Source: Octopus sinensis
Taxonomy: Eukaryota
DNA: 64,000 nt
Direction of reading: 5' to 3'
Assembly (NCBI RefSeq): GCF_006345805.1
Contig: NW_021834487.1
Span: 248,001 to 312,000 of the forward strand
The translations under genes were made by a program, and so were the position numbers. Positions 10,604 through 24,738 of the stretch are shown here, in pieces. Positions within the stretch are counted from its first letter, which is position 1, and every line of letters begins with the position of its first letter. The notes under the pieces were generated by a model. The model had not been told where the DNA came from. It did no database searches and saw nothing but the letters and a program-made list of their open reading frames with translations.

Positions 10604-11412
10604 TACACACACGCATGGGATAGAAGGAGAGAGATGCTTATGTGTATGTATATCTATAATTAAATTACCAAAAAGATGGTTTATATTACAGGAACCTCTA
10701 TAATTAGAAGGTTTTTTGTTGAGCAAGAATATCTTCTTTCCCGCTCTTTGGTGCCAGAGAAACATTTTACTACTTTGACGTCTGCACGTTTTATTTTAAT
10801 AGTTACGTAAGCACACAATCACACACACACATACATAAACACACAAACACATACACGCAGAGACAAACAGACACACACACGCACACACATGTGAGCATGC
10901 GTGTAACTACTCGTTTTTGAAGTTAAAGGTTATTTTGAAGACGATGGTGATGACGGTCACGACAACGACAATAACAATGGCAGCGGGGACAACGACGACG
11001 ACGACGACGACGATGATGATGATGATGACGACGATGATGATGATGATGATGATGATGATGCATTATTATAGATCTTTTATCATATTTATATTTTCCTTGC
11101 AAAAATCTCAGGCTTCAAATGTAAGGACAAGACTCCTTTAACTAATGGTTTTCTCTTACATTCTCCAATGATTTGCAGAAGACAATCATAAAACCACAGA
11201 CATAAATCTTGCACAATAATCATATAGCCAAGCGCTTGTTTCGATGCACACAATCTCACTTTCTACCCATTTGAATATCTCTTTACCTACAATTTCTTTG
11301 TTTTTTTTATCACGACCATTATACTACGCTATACTCTCACGGAGATAATTTCCTCTAAAGAGAGTAAAGACAAAACAATTCAATCCTTATCTCCCATCCC
11401 TCACTCTCTCTC

Positions 11413-11520
<108 letters not shown>

Positions 11521-11766
11521 TCTATTTATCTCTGTGGCTGTGTGGTAAGAAGTTTGCTTCCCAACCGCGTGATTTCGTGTTCAGTCCCACAACACTTTGG
11601 GCACATGCATTATACTACGACGGAGGGTTTATGCGCCTTAATATTAAACTATTTTCTGTAGCCAATATATGGCTTTGCAAAATATTCACTTGTCACCGGT
11701 TAACTCACGCATATACAATATGTATGTATACATGTGTATGTGTGTGGACATATATATATATATATA

Positions 11767-12037
11767 CAGGCTATCAGATGCTGCTACACATCGCTGGTCA
11801 CAACGCGCTGCACATTGTTGTAGCCCTCAAATGACGCCACCCCACTCGCTAAGCGAGCAGGCCAACAGAAGAAAGAATGAGAGAAAGTTGTGGCCAAAGA
11901 GTACAGCAGGGATCACCATCAGCCCCTGCCGGAGCCTCGTGGAGCTTTAGGTGCTTTCCCTCAATAAACACTCACAACGCCCGGTCTGGGAATCGAAACC
12001 GCGAGTCCGCTGCCTTAACCACTGGGCCATGGTGCCT

Positions 12038-12040
<3 letters not shown>
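11767..12040 (-). mobile_element. SINE family C (tRNA-Arg-like head), tail type 2
   Basis: Reverse complement of GGAGGCACCATGGCCCAGTGGTTAAGGCAGCGGACTCGCGGTTTCGATTCCCAGACC; shared CTCCACGAGGCTCCGGCAGGG body. Confidence 0.9.
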
Positions 12041-12102
<62 letters not shown>

Positions 12103-12316
12103 ATATAAAACTTACTTGGAAAAGGATGTGTGTGTGTGTATGTATATATATATATAAATTTATATAAATAAGGATAAGATCGTTTATTTAAATATCGATC
12201 TTATCAAGTGGCCAGCATGGGAATAAAAGCCTTCAAAGATAATAATTATTATTAAAATTATAATTTAGGGTATCTTTGCTTCATCAGTAGAATATAGAGA
12301 GAGATAGTAACATAAT

Positions 12317-12417
<101 letters not shown>

Positions 12418-12620
12418 CATACGAATACTTACATATACAACCATATACATTTCTTATGCAGAGTCAGAAATCCGGGATCTGGAATTATGCAGTAATATTT
12501 TGATAGTTCGTTTTGTCCTTTTGTCTTCTCTCCTGGTGCTGTATGAACATTCTATGTGGTTTTAGAGTCACGTTTTGGCTGCTCTTTCCAGTGTGGAGGT
12601 ATCTCTTAGATACCCTAGAT

Positions 12621-12659
<39 letters not shown>

Positions 12660-12663
<4 letters not shown>

Positions 12664-12812
12664 GACGGCCTTCTTACAGTTTCCATCCCCAAAGTATTGT
12701 TCGGTCAGAGGCTATAGATGAGGACACACGGTCAAGGTGTCACGCTGTGGAACTGAACCCGGAGCCGTGTAGCTGGAAAGCAAGCTTCTTACCACTCAAC
12801 CACACCTGTGCC
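12660..12812 (-). mobile_element. SINE family A, 5' half
   Basis: CGACGGCCTTC..GAGGCTATAGATGAGGACAC..GAACTGAACCCGG. Confidence 0.8.
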
Positions 12813-14104
12813 TATATATATATAGAGAGAGAGAGGGGGGAGACAGTAAGAGAAAAAATATGTATCTGCGTGTGAGAGAGAGGTAATGTGTACCGGTGTA
12901 TGTGAGATAGAGAGAGTGGGGGGAAATTGAGATGCGCAAAGTGGCCAAAACTAGCCTACCCAGCTGGGGAGCTGTATTAGGATTAGGTGCTAATGAACCT
13001 AGTGGTTTTGAAGATGATGACGATTAGGATGATGATGGAGTTGGTCTTAGCATGTTTTGGCGATTTCTGATGGTAGTGATTCTAGAGAATTAGTAATCAG
13101 TAGATGGAGACCTCTATGTGATTTTCAATGACGGTGATAGTGAAGAAGTAGAAATAGATAATATTTTATTAATTCGTCGAAATATTGAGGTACAACAGAG
13201 ACGTCATTTGTTAGAGAGTAAACATGTGTATCACTTTCTATAATATGTATAAAGCCTGACATATGAAATAGCAGAAAAAAACTCCAAGATTTTCGCAATA
13301 TGCTTAAATAAATTCACACAGAGAAAATAAAAAGACGTACATACATCTAGGCCTATGCTAATATTTCCTCCAATTCTTGGAATTGAATCTTGACAGGTAT
13401 TTTATGTATAGGTTCCGAAATGACAGAAAGGAACTTTGACTTCGGTGACATTTGAACGCAGAACGCAAACTCTCCTAATAAATCTCATATGGTATTCTAT
13501 CAGATTCTCTATCAGTTTTACTAATTCTATGTATTGAAGTTTTTGAAGGTAATGTTACATTATTGACTATTTCTTTGTATGTACGTACGTACGTATGTAT
13601 GTATGTATGTATGAATGTATGTATATATGTACGTACGATAGTAGGTATTTTTATGTCACGACCCTTCATGTATGCTTCTATATCTACATGTACATACGTA
13701 TGTATATGTGTCTATGCCCACGTATATATGCTGCTATACCTTTGTGTATATATGTACATGTGTACGTATTCTTTTGTCGCTCTTACAACATATGGCGCTG
13801 TAGATTGTTTTTTCCGAGATCATGATTTATAGGAAGGTAAAACTTAGATGGCATTTGAGGTCAACTGCTGATTACATGTGAATGTCGTCCACATAAACGT
13901 GTCATAATCGACATTTTCAATCGCATCTTAAATAACTTGACGCTATTTTTTATTATCATTAGTTATTTTGTAATTACCCCTTTCTCTTTTCTCGCAAAAA
14001 CATAAATATTCTTATTGTGAAGTATTGAAGCAATCTCAATTCCAGGAGAGGCTTCGTTCTCTGTTAACTATTGCGTCGTTTCTCGAGTTGTATCGTTAAA
14101 ATAA

Positions 14105-14277
14105 CTGAAAAGAAATGCTTATTGCTATGCAGAGTGTTTATGTTAATGCCTCTAAAGTCCTCTACTCCGGGCTCACTTGAGGAGTTTATAGAGAGTAAGG
14201 TATCAACAATCACTCCAATCCTGATTCTCAAGATTATATTTCTCTTCTTGCTATTCAACACCTGATCAATTGGCTGA
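14105..14277. mobile_element. Second copy of the 172-bp element (inverted relative to 9589-9760)
   Basis: CTGAAAAGAAATGCTTATTGC...TTCAACACCTGATCAATT. Confidence 0.8.
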
Positions 14278-14284
14278 AGTATAC

Positions 14285-14670
14285 TCTCTTTTACTCTCTT
14301 TTACTTGTTTCAGTCATTTGACTGTGTCCACGCTGGAGCACCGCCTTTAGTCTAGGAAATCGACCCCAGGACTTATTCTTTGTAAGCCTAGTACTTATTC
14401 TATCGGATCTCTTTTGCTGAACCGCTAAGTTACAGCGATGTAAACACACCAGCATCGTTTGTCAAGTGATGTTGGGGGGGGGGGCAAACAAATATACACA
14501 CAAATATACACACACACACATATATATATACATATATACGACGGGTTTCTTTCAGTTTCGTCTACCAAATCTACTCACAAGGCTTTGGTCGGCCCTAGAC
14601 TCTAGTAGAAAAGACTTTCCCAAGGTGCCACGCAGTGGGACTGAACCCGGAACCATTTGGTTTGTAAACA
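14285..14670 (-). mobile_element. SINE family A, full length
   Basis: Both halves plus internal (CA)/(TA) tract. Confidence 0.9.
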
Positions 14671-14809
14671 AGCATTCTAAGGCTCTTCGAAAATATCTTA
14701 AGCTCCTTCCCGACATCTCTTCTGTGATGAGACTTGTTTTATATCACAATTTCTTTGGTAGTTCCCAGCTTATCTTACTGCTAGTATATTTTAATATTAA
14801 TGTAGTGGA

Positions 14810-15030
14810 GAGAGTCGGGCTGGAAGAATCGTTATGGTGCCGGACAAAATGCTTGACGGCGTTTCGTCCGTCTTTGCCTTCTGATTTAAAATCCAAGCGA
14901 GGTCAAGTTTGCCTTTCATCCTTTCGAAGTCGATAAAATAATTACCAGTTGAGTGCTGGGGTCGGAGTAATCCACTTACCCCTGCCTTGGAAATTGCTGG
15001 CCATGTGCGAAAATTTGAAACCGATATCAA
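14810..15030 (+). mobile_element. SINE family B, diverged
   Basis: GAGGTCAAGTTTGCCTTTCATCCTTTCGAAGTCGATAAAATAATTACCAGTT body. Confidence 0.8.
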
Positions 15031-15159
15031 TGTACTGGATCTAGTCTATAGAACAGTCAAATATCCAAAATGTTGCTACCACTCACTAATAGTTCTGATA
15101 AGATATAGCGAGATATCGTTGTATGAAAAAATCATCTTCAGTTTGTATATTACTTTTAG

Positions 15160-15790
15160 AGTGAGATGTAACACATTTCATCACCCTGTCTTTACTCGCA
15201 ATGCTTTTATATGATACATTTTCATGTCAATACCTAGATACTTGTAGCACATAGTGTTTGTAGCAAAATTGATATTGATGTGAATGTTTTCAGTTCGCAG
15301 AACATTTTCCCCTACGTACACTGTGTTAAATATGAACATTTCTTTTGGCCAAATTTCATCTTTATATTAGCTGAAAACAATATTATTATATATAGCTATT
15401 TCTCGGCACATTGAAAATTTTTCGATCGTTAGCAAAGAAATGATGGGTTGCAGTAGTATTTATTGTTGTTGTAGACCCTACCATAAAACCATTCGATTTT
15501 TGTTGGAGAAATAACAATGGATTTACTGCCAAAATAGACAGAAGCACAGTGAGACTGTCTCCTTTAAATATTTCTTTTGAAAGATATATAGCATCAAAAA
15601 CAATCATTGTGCGTTCAGTTATAATGATAAGGATGGTAACTGACTAGGTCTTTGTGAACCTTTGAATAATAGCAACTATGACAGTGAGTACGTTTGCCAA
15701 ATGCAATGATTTCAACAGCAGTGGAGGGGAAGAGTCAAACGACATTCTGTATTCATACCATACTGTTACGAATTGTTCAGCATAGCTCTC
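15160..15790 (-). pseudogene. Possible decayed intronless rhodopsin-class GPCR fragment
   Basis: Hydrophobic blocks with SVTILIIIT-ERTMIVF (TM3 ER-like), SLTVLLSILAVNPLLF (TM4-like) and YKDEIWP (pre-TM5-like), broken by stops. Confidence 0.25.
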
Positions 15791-16497
15791 ACCTGCTCTC
15801 CCTCTCTCGCTCTCTTTTTCTCTTCTTCTCTTTCTCTCCCTTTCTCTCCCTCTTTATTCCACTCTCTCTCACTCCCTCTTTCTATGCATATATCAACTCA
15901 TCAATCACCATTTTGCCGGACTCACAATGGTTTTGGAGGAATTGATAAAGACAGCTTGCGTAAAGCTTATAAAAATGTTTCAACACCTAATGGGGCTATA
16001 GTTTTCTTCCAAGTAGGCGCTTTCACTGTAGGTGTCAAAATTTATCCGTGCTGCGGCAAACCAGTTTGCTTGCTGCAGCAGGCACAAATTTGAACATAGA
16101 TTGCCTTTTAAAAATAAACAAGGCTGCACACAGTAGAACATTAATATTCTGTAATAGTAACTAACTCATATGTCGAGCTTTATTGCAACTTTCAGAATCG
16201 GTGGAGAAAGTTTGGAGCCGGAATAGTATTGAAATCTGATTATACCGAATCGTAATGTATCTCCGAGAGAGTAGCAAAATTATAAAGGCTTTTCTCACTT
16301 AAATCCAATGTCGTACAGATGTCTCACTAACGTTTTCTTTCATTACTTGGTCCGTTTTGTATTTTATAAAGCCCTATAGCGATGGATGCATGGCACTGGC
16401 TTCAAAAGTCACATCTGCGCTCATGAAAAGATGAAGGTAATTCAGAACAGCCTGGATGAATGTGGGGCGGCCATCATTTGACAAGATGAGGCGATCA

Positions 16498-16736
16498 AGG
16501 CGGCGAGCTGGCAGAAACGTTAGCACACCGGTCGAAGTGCATAGCGGTATTTCGTTTGTCATTTCGTTCTGAGTTCAAATTCCGCCGAGGTCGACTTTGC
16601 CTTTCATCTTTCGGGGTCGATAAATTAAGTACCAGTTACGCACTGGGGTCGATGTAATCGACTTAATCCCTTTATCTGTCCTTGTTTGTCCCCTCTATGT
16701 TTAGACCTTTGTGGGCAATAAAGAATTAGGATGCGG
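16498..16736 (+). mobile_element. SINE family B, full length
   Basis: GGCGGCGAGCTGGCAGAAACGTTAGC head, GAGTTCAAATTCC B-box-like, GTCGACTTTGCCTTTCATC..GGGGTCGAT body, AAAGAA tail. Confidence 0.9.
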
Positions 16737-18324
16737 CAATCACCATGTATGCATGTGTGTATGTATGTATGTATGTATGTATGTATGTATGTATGTATGT
16801 ATGTCATTATTCAGTTTTATTTCAAAATTTCTTGCCAATAAAGGGTCGGTTTCTAACCTAGATCCATGGACCCTACATTAGAATTTCAACAAAAGCAGTA
16901 GGGTATTTTTGCTTGTATGTATACGTGCAGATTTCTGTGTTTTGTTTTATGTATGTTTTCTCATGCATAGAGTTTCAAATCTAGACATGCTGATATATAC
17001 CTAAATGACACACTTCTGGAAAGCTTTACAGATCTTTAATCTTCGAATCAGCTTTCTCATTTCTGGTTTTGAGAAACCAATTGTCTCAAGATTGGTATTT
17101 AGGCAGTGTGCTATATATCCCATTGCTTCAATTATTACAGGTATAAACCTGAAATATGTATGTTTGTAAGTACGTATGTATGAAATGAATGTATTTGAAA
17201 CGTTAGAATAAAATTTGAAGGCAAATTCTTCATTATTTCTGGCCAGGAGATCAAACGGTAGCGCAGTTAATATATTGTTGATATGAAGGTGTTAGTGTTC
17301 ATGTTTAAAATGTTTAGTTTATACTTATATCCTTTTCCTCTTACGACAGCTTTCACCTAATTATAAATTGGTGCTATGTTAATAGAAGTGACCATTGTGC
17401 TGTTGGCAACGGTTACTATGGTGATGTTGGTAGTGGTTATCGAAGTGGTGGTGGTGGAAGCAGAGGTGCTTATAATAGTGACGAGGTTCTTGTTCATTGT
17501 CTTGAAAGTGTAGGTAATAGTAGAAATGGAAATAACATCGTAGTTTGCAGTTGTAGTAGCAGTGGTTTGACGTAAAAGTTACTATCAAGGGTTATGATAA
17601 AGGAGACATATTAACAGCAGTAGAAATAGTTCTACTGATGCTCGTGGTTCTTGAAGAAGACTGGGTTTTTAATGGTAGCCATAAATGCAATATAGATACA
17701 CCTAGAGTCATATATTCCGGATGTGCTAGGTATGCGCGGCACACCCAACGAAAATGACAAAATCATTATAAATATTAGTCTTATTAATTTAATCACAAAT
17801 CTTAATGGAAAACTTTTGTTATACTCTTGCTTGAAATTTGGTGGTATTGGGTGTCGTACCCAATACAACAACCATCATATGCTACTGGATACAACAGTGT
17901 TGTATAAGTAGAAGTTGTATAGTGAAACTGTACCCCTTCCCGGTGAAAAGTGTTAGTAACCAGCCATTATAAATAGGCCGATCGACAGGAGAAGGCTAGA
18001 AGGTCGAGAGTTCGTGTACATTGTGTTGATAGTCGTTCTGTGCTGATATAGTAACTATACTGTGATACTGAGTCGACATTATAATGATCCAACCTTTTGA
18101 GGATAATAACCCTGTACGACTGTGGGTCGTACAGGGCCAGATAGAACCATTCTATCGACGATTTCGGAATATAACACTATCTCTCAGAGCGACCACCGTC
18201 GTCAGAGACGGATACAACAGTTTTCTTTGGTTGTACATTGGTTGTCTTGGTATAAAAGATGGGCTACAGCAAATATTCTGCTCAATAGCACAGATTTACT
18301 TGTCAGTTGTTTAACCTTAACCAT

Positions 18325-18757
18325 TTGACCATGTCCCTTAATGGCTGACGATATGTGCATCTCTGACTACGAGCAGAAGTAGTAGGGGAGCATCATAGCC
18401 GTGTGTTGAAAGGAATTCTTAGAGGTTTGGATAATTCACCTTTCGAAACATGGGTGTTTGCTTAACATCCTTGAACAACCCTTATTCAGGGAACTTTTGA
18501 GTGGGATGGGCTACTCGACCAGAAGAAAAGTCTATCTGGGCCCCACCTGCAAGGTCATACACTGTTTATCTTGATATGAGATCACTATGTCGCGCACATA
18601 TTTTTGTGATACATGTGCCTGGTGTACCCTCATCAGACGGGTAGTCATGATGGGTATACTGGGCTTCGTATATTTTATCCCAGTGTCACTTTGATGGCAT
18701 GCACTGCTCTCTCACTCAATAATAATAATAATAATAATATTAATAATAATGATGATG

Positions 18758-18793
<36 letters not shown>

Positions 18794-18820
18794 TATAATA
18801 ATAATAATAATAATAATAAA
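18325..18820 (+). mobile_element. Retroposon 3' segment ending in an (AAT)n tail
   Basis: GC-richer ~390-bp block ending CTCTCTCACTC followed by a long (AAT)n tail. Confidence 0.55.
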
Positions 18821-19383
18821 AGTAATGTGTTGACAATATTTATAATGGTAATGAAAAGGACAAAGAAAACTCAATGATTTTCATACAAAACCATTCAGGA
18901 CACTAATACCGCCATTACAATATCGCTTTGTCATACTTCCACAGCACTGGTGACAACACGACGACGTGTTTCTCCGAACCGCTAGAAATAGCAGTTATAC
19001 AAAACCTTATATCATACAGCACTGCAGTTTGATAGCGCTAGTGTGATGTTAACTGGATGGAACAAGACAGAGTTATAAAGCAATCGCTGAGTGAGAAGCG
19101 AAGACTATCGAGCTGCCAATAACGGAAGCATCTCTTAAAAGCATGAGTATAATGAAACGTTTATAAATAAAGGATTCTGCGATATGATTACATAAAAGGA
19201 AGTAAGAGCATCCTGCGTATGCACGATAATAGGAAAAGAAATATTCAATGTTACTATTCAATATTTAATCTACGAGAAAGAAATTATATAGCTAGGGAAT
19301 TCTATAATTTGATAGATTACCATTATTCGTCGAGGCATAAAATATCTTTTATAGTTTATTGTATTGTCCATAGCTTACTATTT

Positions 19384-19420
<37 letters not shown>

Positions 19421-19422
<2 letters not shown>

Positions 19423-20722
19423 AGAATGAATGTTTTTATATATAATGAACGTGAAATACAGGAAGGGACGAACACGGAACACAGACAAATCATTCGAAGC
19501 CTTCATCTTCAGTCAGACACCGAATCATCATAGCAAATTTCGGCTGTTCAGTTCTGATATTTGCTCCAACTCGGCCAGCCCCAAAAAAAAACTAAGCTGT
19601 AAGCATTAGATTTCTTGGTAGAAGACAGTAATGTGAACGCACAAGACGGATGTAAATACAAGAGACGAAAACGAAATTGAAAACAGTAATGAATAAACAA
19701 AATATATATAACGGTGGTTGTCATACGACTTTAGACCAAATGAGACAAAAACAACAACAACAACATAGCTGGCGTAGAAATAATTACCGTTTCGGTAGCG
19801 GGGACACATGTTGTCGAGATATGAAGGCCAACAGAATGGTTAAGAAGCAGCAGGTCGCAGGAGAGAGAGAAAGAGAGACAGAGAGAGAGGAATCAAAGAG
19901 GGTGGAAGGCAGGGGACAGAATCAGACCAACCAAGAGAAAGGAAAAGAAGGATTAAGGAGGATGGGAGGAAGAGGGGAGGAGGATGGGAGGAAGAGAGGG
20001 GAAGAATCGGAGGGCGCCAAAAAGTTTGGTGAAGAAGCAATGGCGGGTAGGAAAGACAGTGTGTATAGAAGTCGTGCAGGGTTTTAAAATTGGACAAACA
20101 AACAGGGGGGTGCACGTAACGCCGCAATAATATAAGAATGAATGTTTTTATATATAATGAACGTGAATACAGGAAGGGACGAACACGGAACACAGACAAA
20201 TCATTCGAAGCCTTCAATCTTCAGTCAGACACCGAATCATCATAGCAAATTTCGGCTGTTCAATTCTGATATTGCTCCAACTCGGCCAGCCCCAAGAAAA
20301 AAAACTAAGCTGTAAGCATTAGATTTCTTGGTAGAAGACAGGAATGTGAACGCACAAGACGGATATGTGAATACAAGAGACGAAAACGAAATTGGAAAAA
20401 CAGTAATGAATAAACAAAATATATATAACGGTGGTTGTCATACGACTTTAGACCAAATGAGACAACAACAACAACATAGCTGGCGTAGAAATATTACCGT
20501 TTCGGTAGCGGGGACACATGTTGGTCGAGATATGAAGGCCAACAGAATGGTTTAAGAAGAGCAGCAGGTCGCAGGAGAGAGAGAAAGAGAGACAGAGAGA
20601 GAGGGAATCAAAGAGGGTGGAAGGCAGGGGACAGAATCAATGACCAAGAGAAAAGGAGAAAGAAGGGATTAAGGAGGATGGGAGGAAGAGGGGAGGAGGA
20701 TGGGAGGAAGAGAGGGGAAGAA
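19421..20722. repeat. 712-bp-period tandem duplication (repeat family D plus purine-rich tract)
   Basis: TAAGAATGAATGTTTTT at 19421 and 20133; near identical apart from small indels; flanked by (TA)n. Confidence 0.9.
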
Positions 20723-20747
20723 TGTGTATATATGTATGTTTATGTAT

Positions 20748-20781
<34 letters not shown>

Positions 20782-21009
20782 GCATGTATTGTGTAATAAT
20801 GATATAACACAAAGATGGAAGTTAACAAGCTTTAATAGTAGATCATGACGTTCGTTTCTGCATTCCAAAGGCAGGCTTTAATTTGCTGGGTTTATATAGC
20901 ATTGTGTAAAATTACTCTAAACAATTACCATATTTTTGTACACTGTTTCCTTCGCAGGTGAAGTGCGATCAAGAACCGCGAGTTTTCTGAATTTACTATC
21001 TCAAAAAAT

Positions 21010-21282
21010 GTACAATAGGTGCAGTAGTGTCTGTGTGGTAAGTAGCTTGCTTGCCAACCACATGGTTCCGAGTTCAGTTCCACTACGTGTCACCTTGGGC
21101 AAGTGTCTTTTACTACAGTCTCGGGCCGACCAAAGCCTTGTGAGTGGATTTGGTAAACGGAAACTGAAAGAAGCCCGTCGTATATATGTATATGTGTGTG
21201 TGTGTATGTGTGTATTTGTATGTCTGTATTTGACCCCCTCAACATCGCTTGACAACCGATGCTGGTGTGTTTACTTCCCCAT
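21010..21282 (+). mobile_element. SINE family A, truncated
   Basis: Head, CACCTTGGGCAAGTGTC body, internal microsatellite and start of the right half. Confidence 0.85.
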
Positions 21283-21337
21283 CTCAAAATTACTGCTCTT
21301 CTGGCAAAATTTGAAACATTATTTGCCATCATCATCA

Positions 21338-21371
<34 letters not shown>

Positions 21372-21412
21372 CATCATCATTATTATTATATCATGATTAT
21401 TATTGTTAAGAC

Positions 21413-21630
21413 GTCAAGCTGGCAGAACCGTTAGCGCGCTGGGCAAAATGATTAGCAGTATTTTCATCTGTGTTTACCTTCTGCGTTCAAATTCTTCAAA
21501 TTCCGCCAGGGTCGACTCTGCCGTTCATCCTTCTGGAGTCGATGAAATAAGTACCAGTTGATCACTGAGCTCGATGTAAGCGACTTACCCCCTAGCCAAA
21601 ACACGCTGGCCTTGTGCCAAAATTTGCAAT
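21413..21630 (+). mobile_element. SINE family B, diverged
   Basis: AAGCTGGCAGAACCGTTAGC..GGGTCGACTCTGCCGTTCATCC. Confidence 0.8.
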
Positions 21631-22041
21631 TATTATTCTGAGACTTATCATTCTTCTTATTATTATTATCTTAGTAATACGCAGAAAGGAGCTCCGCATT
21701 TATACCCATGCCCGGAAATACCTGGAGGTATAACATGAGGTAGCCCTAGAACAGAGCAAAAGCTCTTAAATGCGCGCAAAAAGGATTTTACCCAAAATAT
21801 ACTCAATAAATACATACATACATATATATATATACATATATATATATCTACATATATACATATATGAATTTATGTATATATACATATATATATATACATA
21901 TATATATATACATACATATATGTATGTATATATATATATATGTGTATGTATGGCTATATATGTATATATATATATAACGAGGTTTCACACAGTTTCCATT
22001 TACCAAATTCACCAATAAACTATTGTACAGACTTGTAGCTA

Positions 22042-22134
22042 TACGAGGAGTGTACGAAAACTTTTCAGCCTTGAAGTCTTGTACCTTCATGGGAAGTCTT
22101 GTACCATATTTTGTTTTTTCATACACCCCTCGAA
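22042..22134. mobile_element. 93-bp mariner-type mini-MITE inserted in a family A SINE (approx. 21975-22210, minus)
   Basis: TIRs TACGAGGAGTGTACGAAAA / TTTTCATACACCCCTCGAA; flanks rejoin to the SINE motif GCTATA|GCAGATGACACTTGC. Confidence 0.75.
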
Positions 22135-23331
22135 GCAGATGACACTTGCAAAATGGAACTGAACCCGGAATCGCTTGGCTGCAAAGCGAGCTTCTAAACG
22201 CACAGTTTTGTGTGCGTCAACGTTAACTTTATTATAGTTAAATTTATTTCATCTGATTTACGCTTCTCATGCATAAAGTAAATATTGTTTAATTAATGAC
22301 GAGCTGTCAAAAAGCGCACGGATATAAGTTTTGTCATCCACAACGGAGGTCAGCTAATTTATCTCTGCTTATATTGCAATTGAGCCTTCTTACTGTTTGT
22401 TTAAGAAACTCGGGTATCACTTCTCTAAGAAACGGTCAACAAACCATAAAACACTCTGCTAAGAGAAATCTTGATTTTTCTAAACACAATGAAATGCACA
22501 TATACATTTGTGCTCGCGCGCACACTCACAAGTATGTGTGTTGGGATATGCATGTATGTACGAGTATAAAAGGTTATATGAATACATCCGTACAAGTGTG
22601 TATACATTGATATGTGAGTTGTTGTTGCAAACGAATATTTCAGCGGTAAAATGCTTCATCTATATCCATTTATCTAGATATATAAGTTCCCATGAGCAAT
22701 TGCATGCAAGAATTTGTCATCATTTATATAAATATAAATAGCCACGCTAGGAACACATCAGAAAACTCAAATAAATATTTTATGGAAACCCAGTCTTCTT
22801 AATCCATACTTTTTTTTCTAAAAGATATTACAATTTCTTAAAATAAAGGTTCTGATACCAAAACTAAATTCGACATTTACCTGACCTATGCTATGTGACA
22901 AATCAAACTGGCACTATTTGTAAGCATATTTTTAGACACGCTAAAATAAAACTGTAATTATATAGAAAGAGCCTCGCTTAATTATGAAAACCATCATCCA
23001 ATATAAATTATGAATTCATTAAGAGACAACTCTTACCTTCTTACTCCCGCGCGTGACTGAACTCTCAAACAACAACAAAATTCTGTATCAAACCAGAATA
23101 ACTGGTTCCAATATCCCTGTCTATTAATTCGCACCCTACAAGTATATACCCTACTCCCCCTTTCCTTCCCAATTCTCTCTCCCTTGTATAGTTACCCATA
23201 TTTAATTCTCATACGTCTTACTCCACCCTGCGGAAAACCATATAAAACAAAATTAAAGACGAAGAAAGTAAACCACAGCCCAAATATGGTTAGTGAGCCG
23301 AAACTTCGAAGTCACTTATTAATAAATGTTT

Positions 23332-23378
<47 letters not shown>

Positions 23379-24119
23379 TGTGCGTGTGTTGGTGTGTGTC
23401 TTTATGTTTGTGCGTACGTGTGTGTGTGTGTGTGTGTGCACGTGCTGGTCTATGCAAGTTTATGATTATGTGCACACATAATATATATATATTTATACTT
23501 AGTCTAAAAATTGACACTAGTACTTATTTTCATGTACTAGCCCTTAATTTAACAGTCACTTTGATGTACCTTTATATAACTAGGATATAAACAAACCAAC
23601 AGAGGTTGTCAAGCGGTAGGAGTGGAGAGACAGAAACACAAACCCATATCATATACACACATACAATGGCCTTCCACATCGTCTCCGTCTATCAAACTTA
23701 TTCTAAAGGCATTTATTGACACAAGGTACCGCTCAGTAGGACTGAACCCCAAAACATATGATTACAACTCAACCTTCTTAATCACACAACAATGCACGCC
23801 GGCGTGTAAGAGATCAGAAACTCGGCCGACCGGCTCATACACCTTTAAAGTAGTCCGGACCCCTTGGTTTGCGACAGTCACCTAGAACGTAGCTGTTCCG
23901 CCGCCGGCTCTATGCGATTTTGAGTGACGACTAACTGATTGATTACATGCCCGTCTGAGCGAGCGGGATTATCCGTTTAAAGTTTGTTTTGCTGTAAATG
24001 GAAAAAGGTGTGTTCGATGATTTGTTTTGCTTTGCTGAGCCCCAGGCCGATTATTAGGTTCCCAAAGCATGCCTTCTCAAAGGGAAGCCGGTCCGTTGCA
24101 GGGCCAGCAAATTTCAGGA

Positions 24120-24310
24120 GAGAGGGCAAGTCTATTACGTCAACTCCAGTATTTCACTGGAGTCTATTTAACAGACTCGCCTTTTAACGACCTCGAAGGG
24201 TGAAAGGCAATGTTAACCCCGGCAACGTTTGCACTCGGGAATTAAAAAGCCGGAAGAAACGCCACAGAGCATTTTGTCCGACATACAAACGACTCTGCTA
24301 TGTCACCACC
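24120..24310 (-). mobile_element. SINE family B, diverged
   Basis: CGACCTCGAAGGGTGAAAGGCAA. Confidence 0.7.
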
Positions 24311-24489
24311 TTATTTTATATGCTTTTTATTATCATCATTAGTTAATCTATAATCGAGAAAATCTACTCTTGGTCTTTTATTTAGGCATAGTGTAACACG
24401 GGCTGTATTATCTAACGTGTCACTTGTTCCAGACAACGAGACGTTGTTTGAGGCAAATTTGAATACTATATCTAGCAGATTGAATACTA

Positions 24490-24693
24490 TTTTACTTGTT
24501 TCAGTTATCTGACTGCGGCCATGCTGTATCACCGCCTTTATTCGAGCGAATCGACCCCAGGACTTATTCTTTGTAAGCCTAGTACTTAGTCTATCGGTTT
24601 CTTTTGCCGAACCGCTAAATTACGACGTAAACACACCAGCATCGGTTGTCAAGCGACGCTGGGGGGACAAAAACAGATATCAAACACACACAT

Positions 24694-24738
<45 letters not shown>

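Noticed and set aside
17379-17600. Gly/Ser-rich reading frame
   Set aside because: Decayed (GGT/AGT)n trinucleotide repeat.
19490-19515. CTGAAGA..TTCGAAT motif of repeat family D (also 20205, 45630, 53245) as a hammerhead
   Set aside because: No GAAA, no stem I complementarity and no consistent NUH.
20841-20858. 3' half of a hammerhead on the minus strand (GAAA-CGAACG-TC)
   Set aside because: The CUGANGA half is absent; at most a relic.
20958-21010. Strong splice acceptor TTTCCTTCGCAG
   Set aside because: No convincing donor before the SINE and no recognisable peptide.
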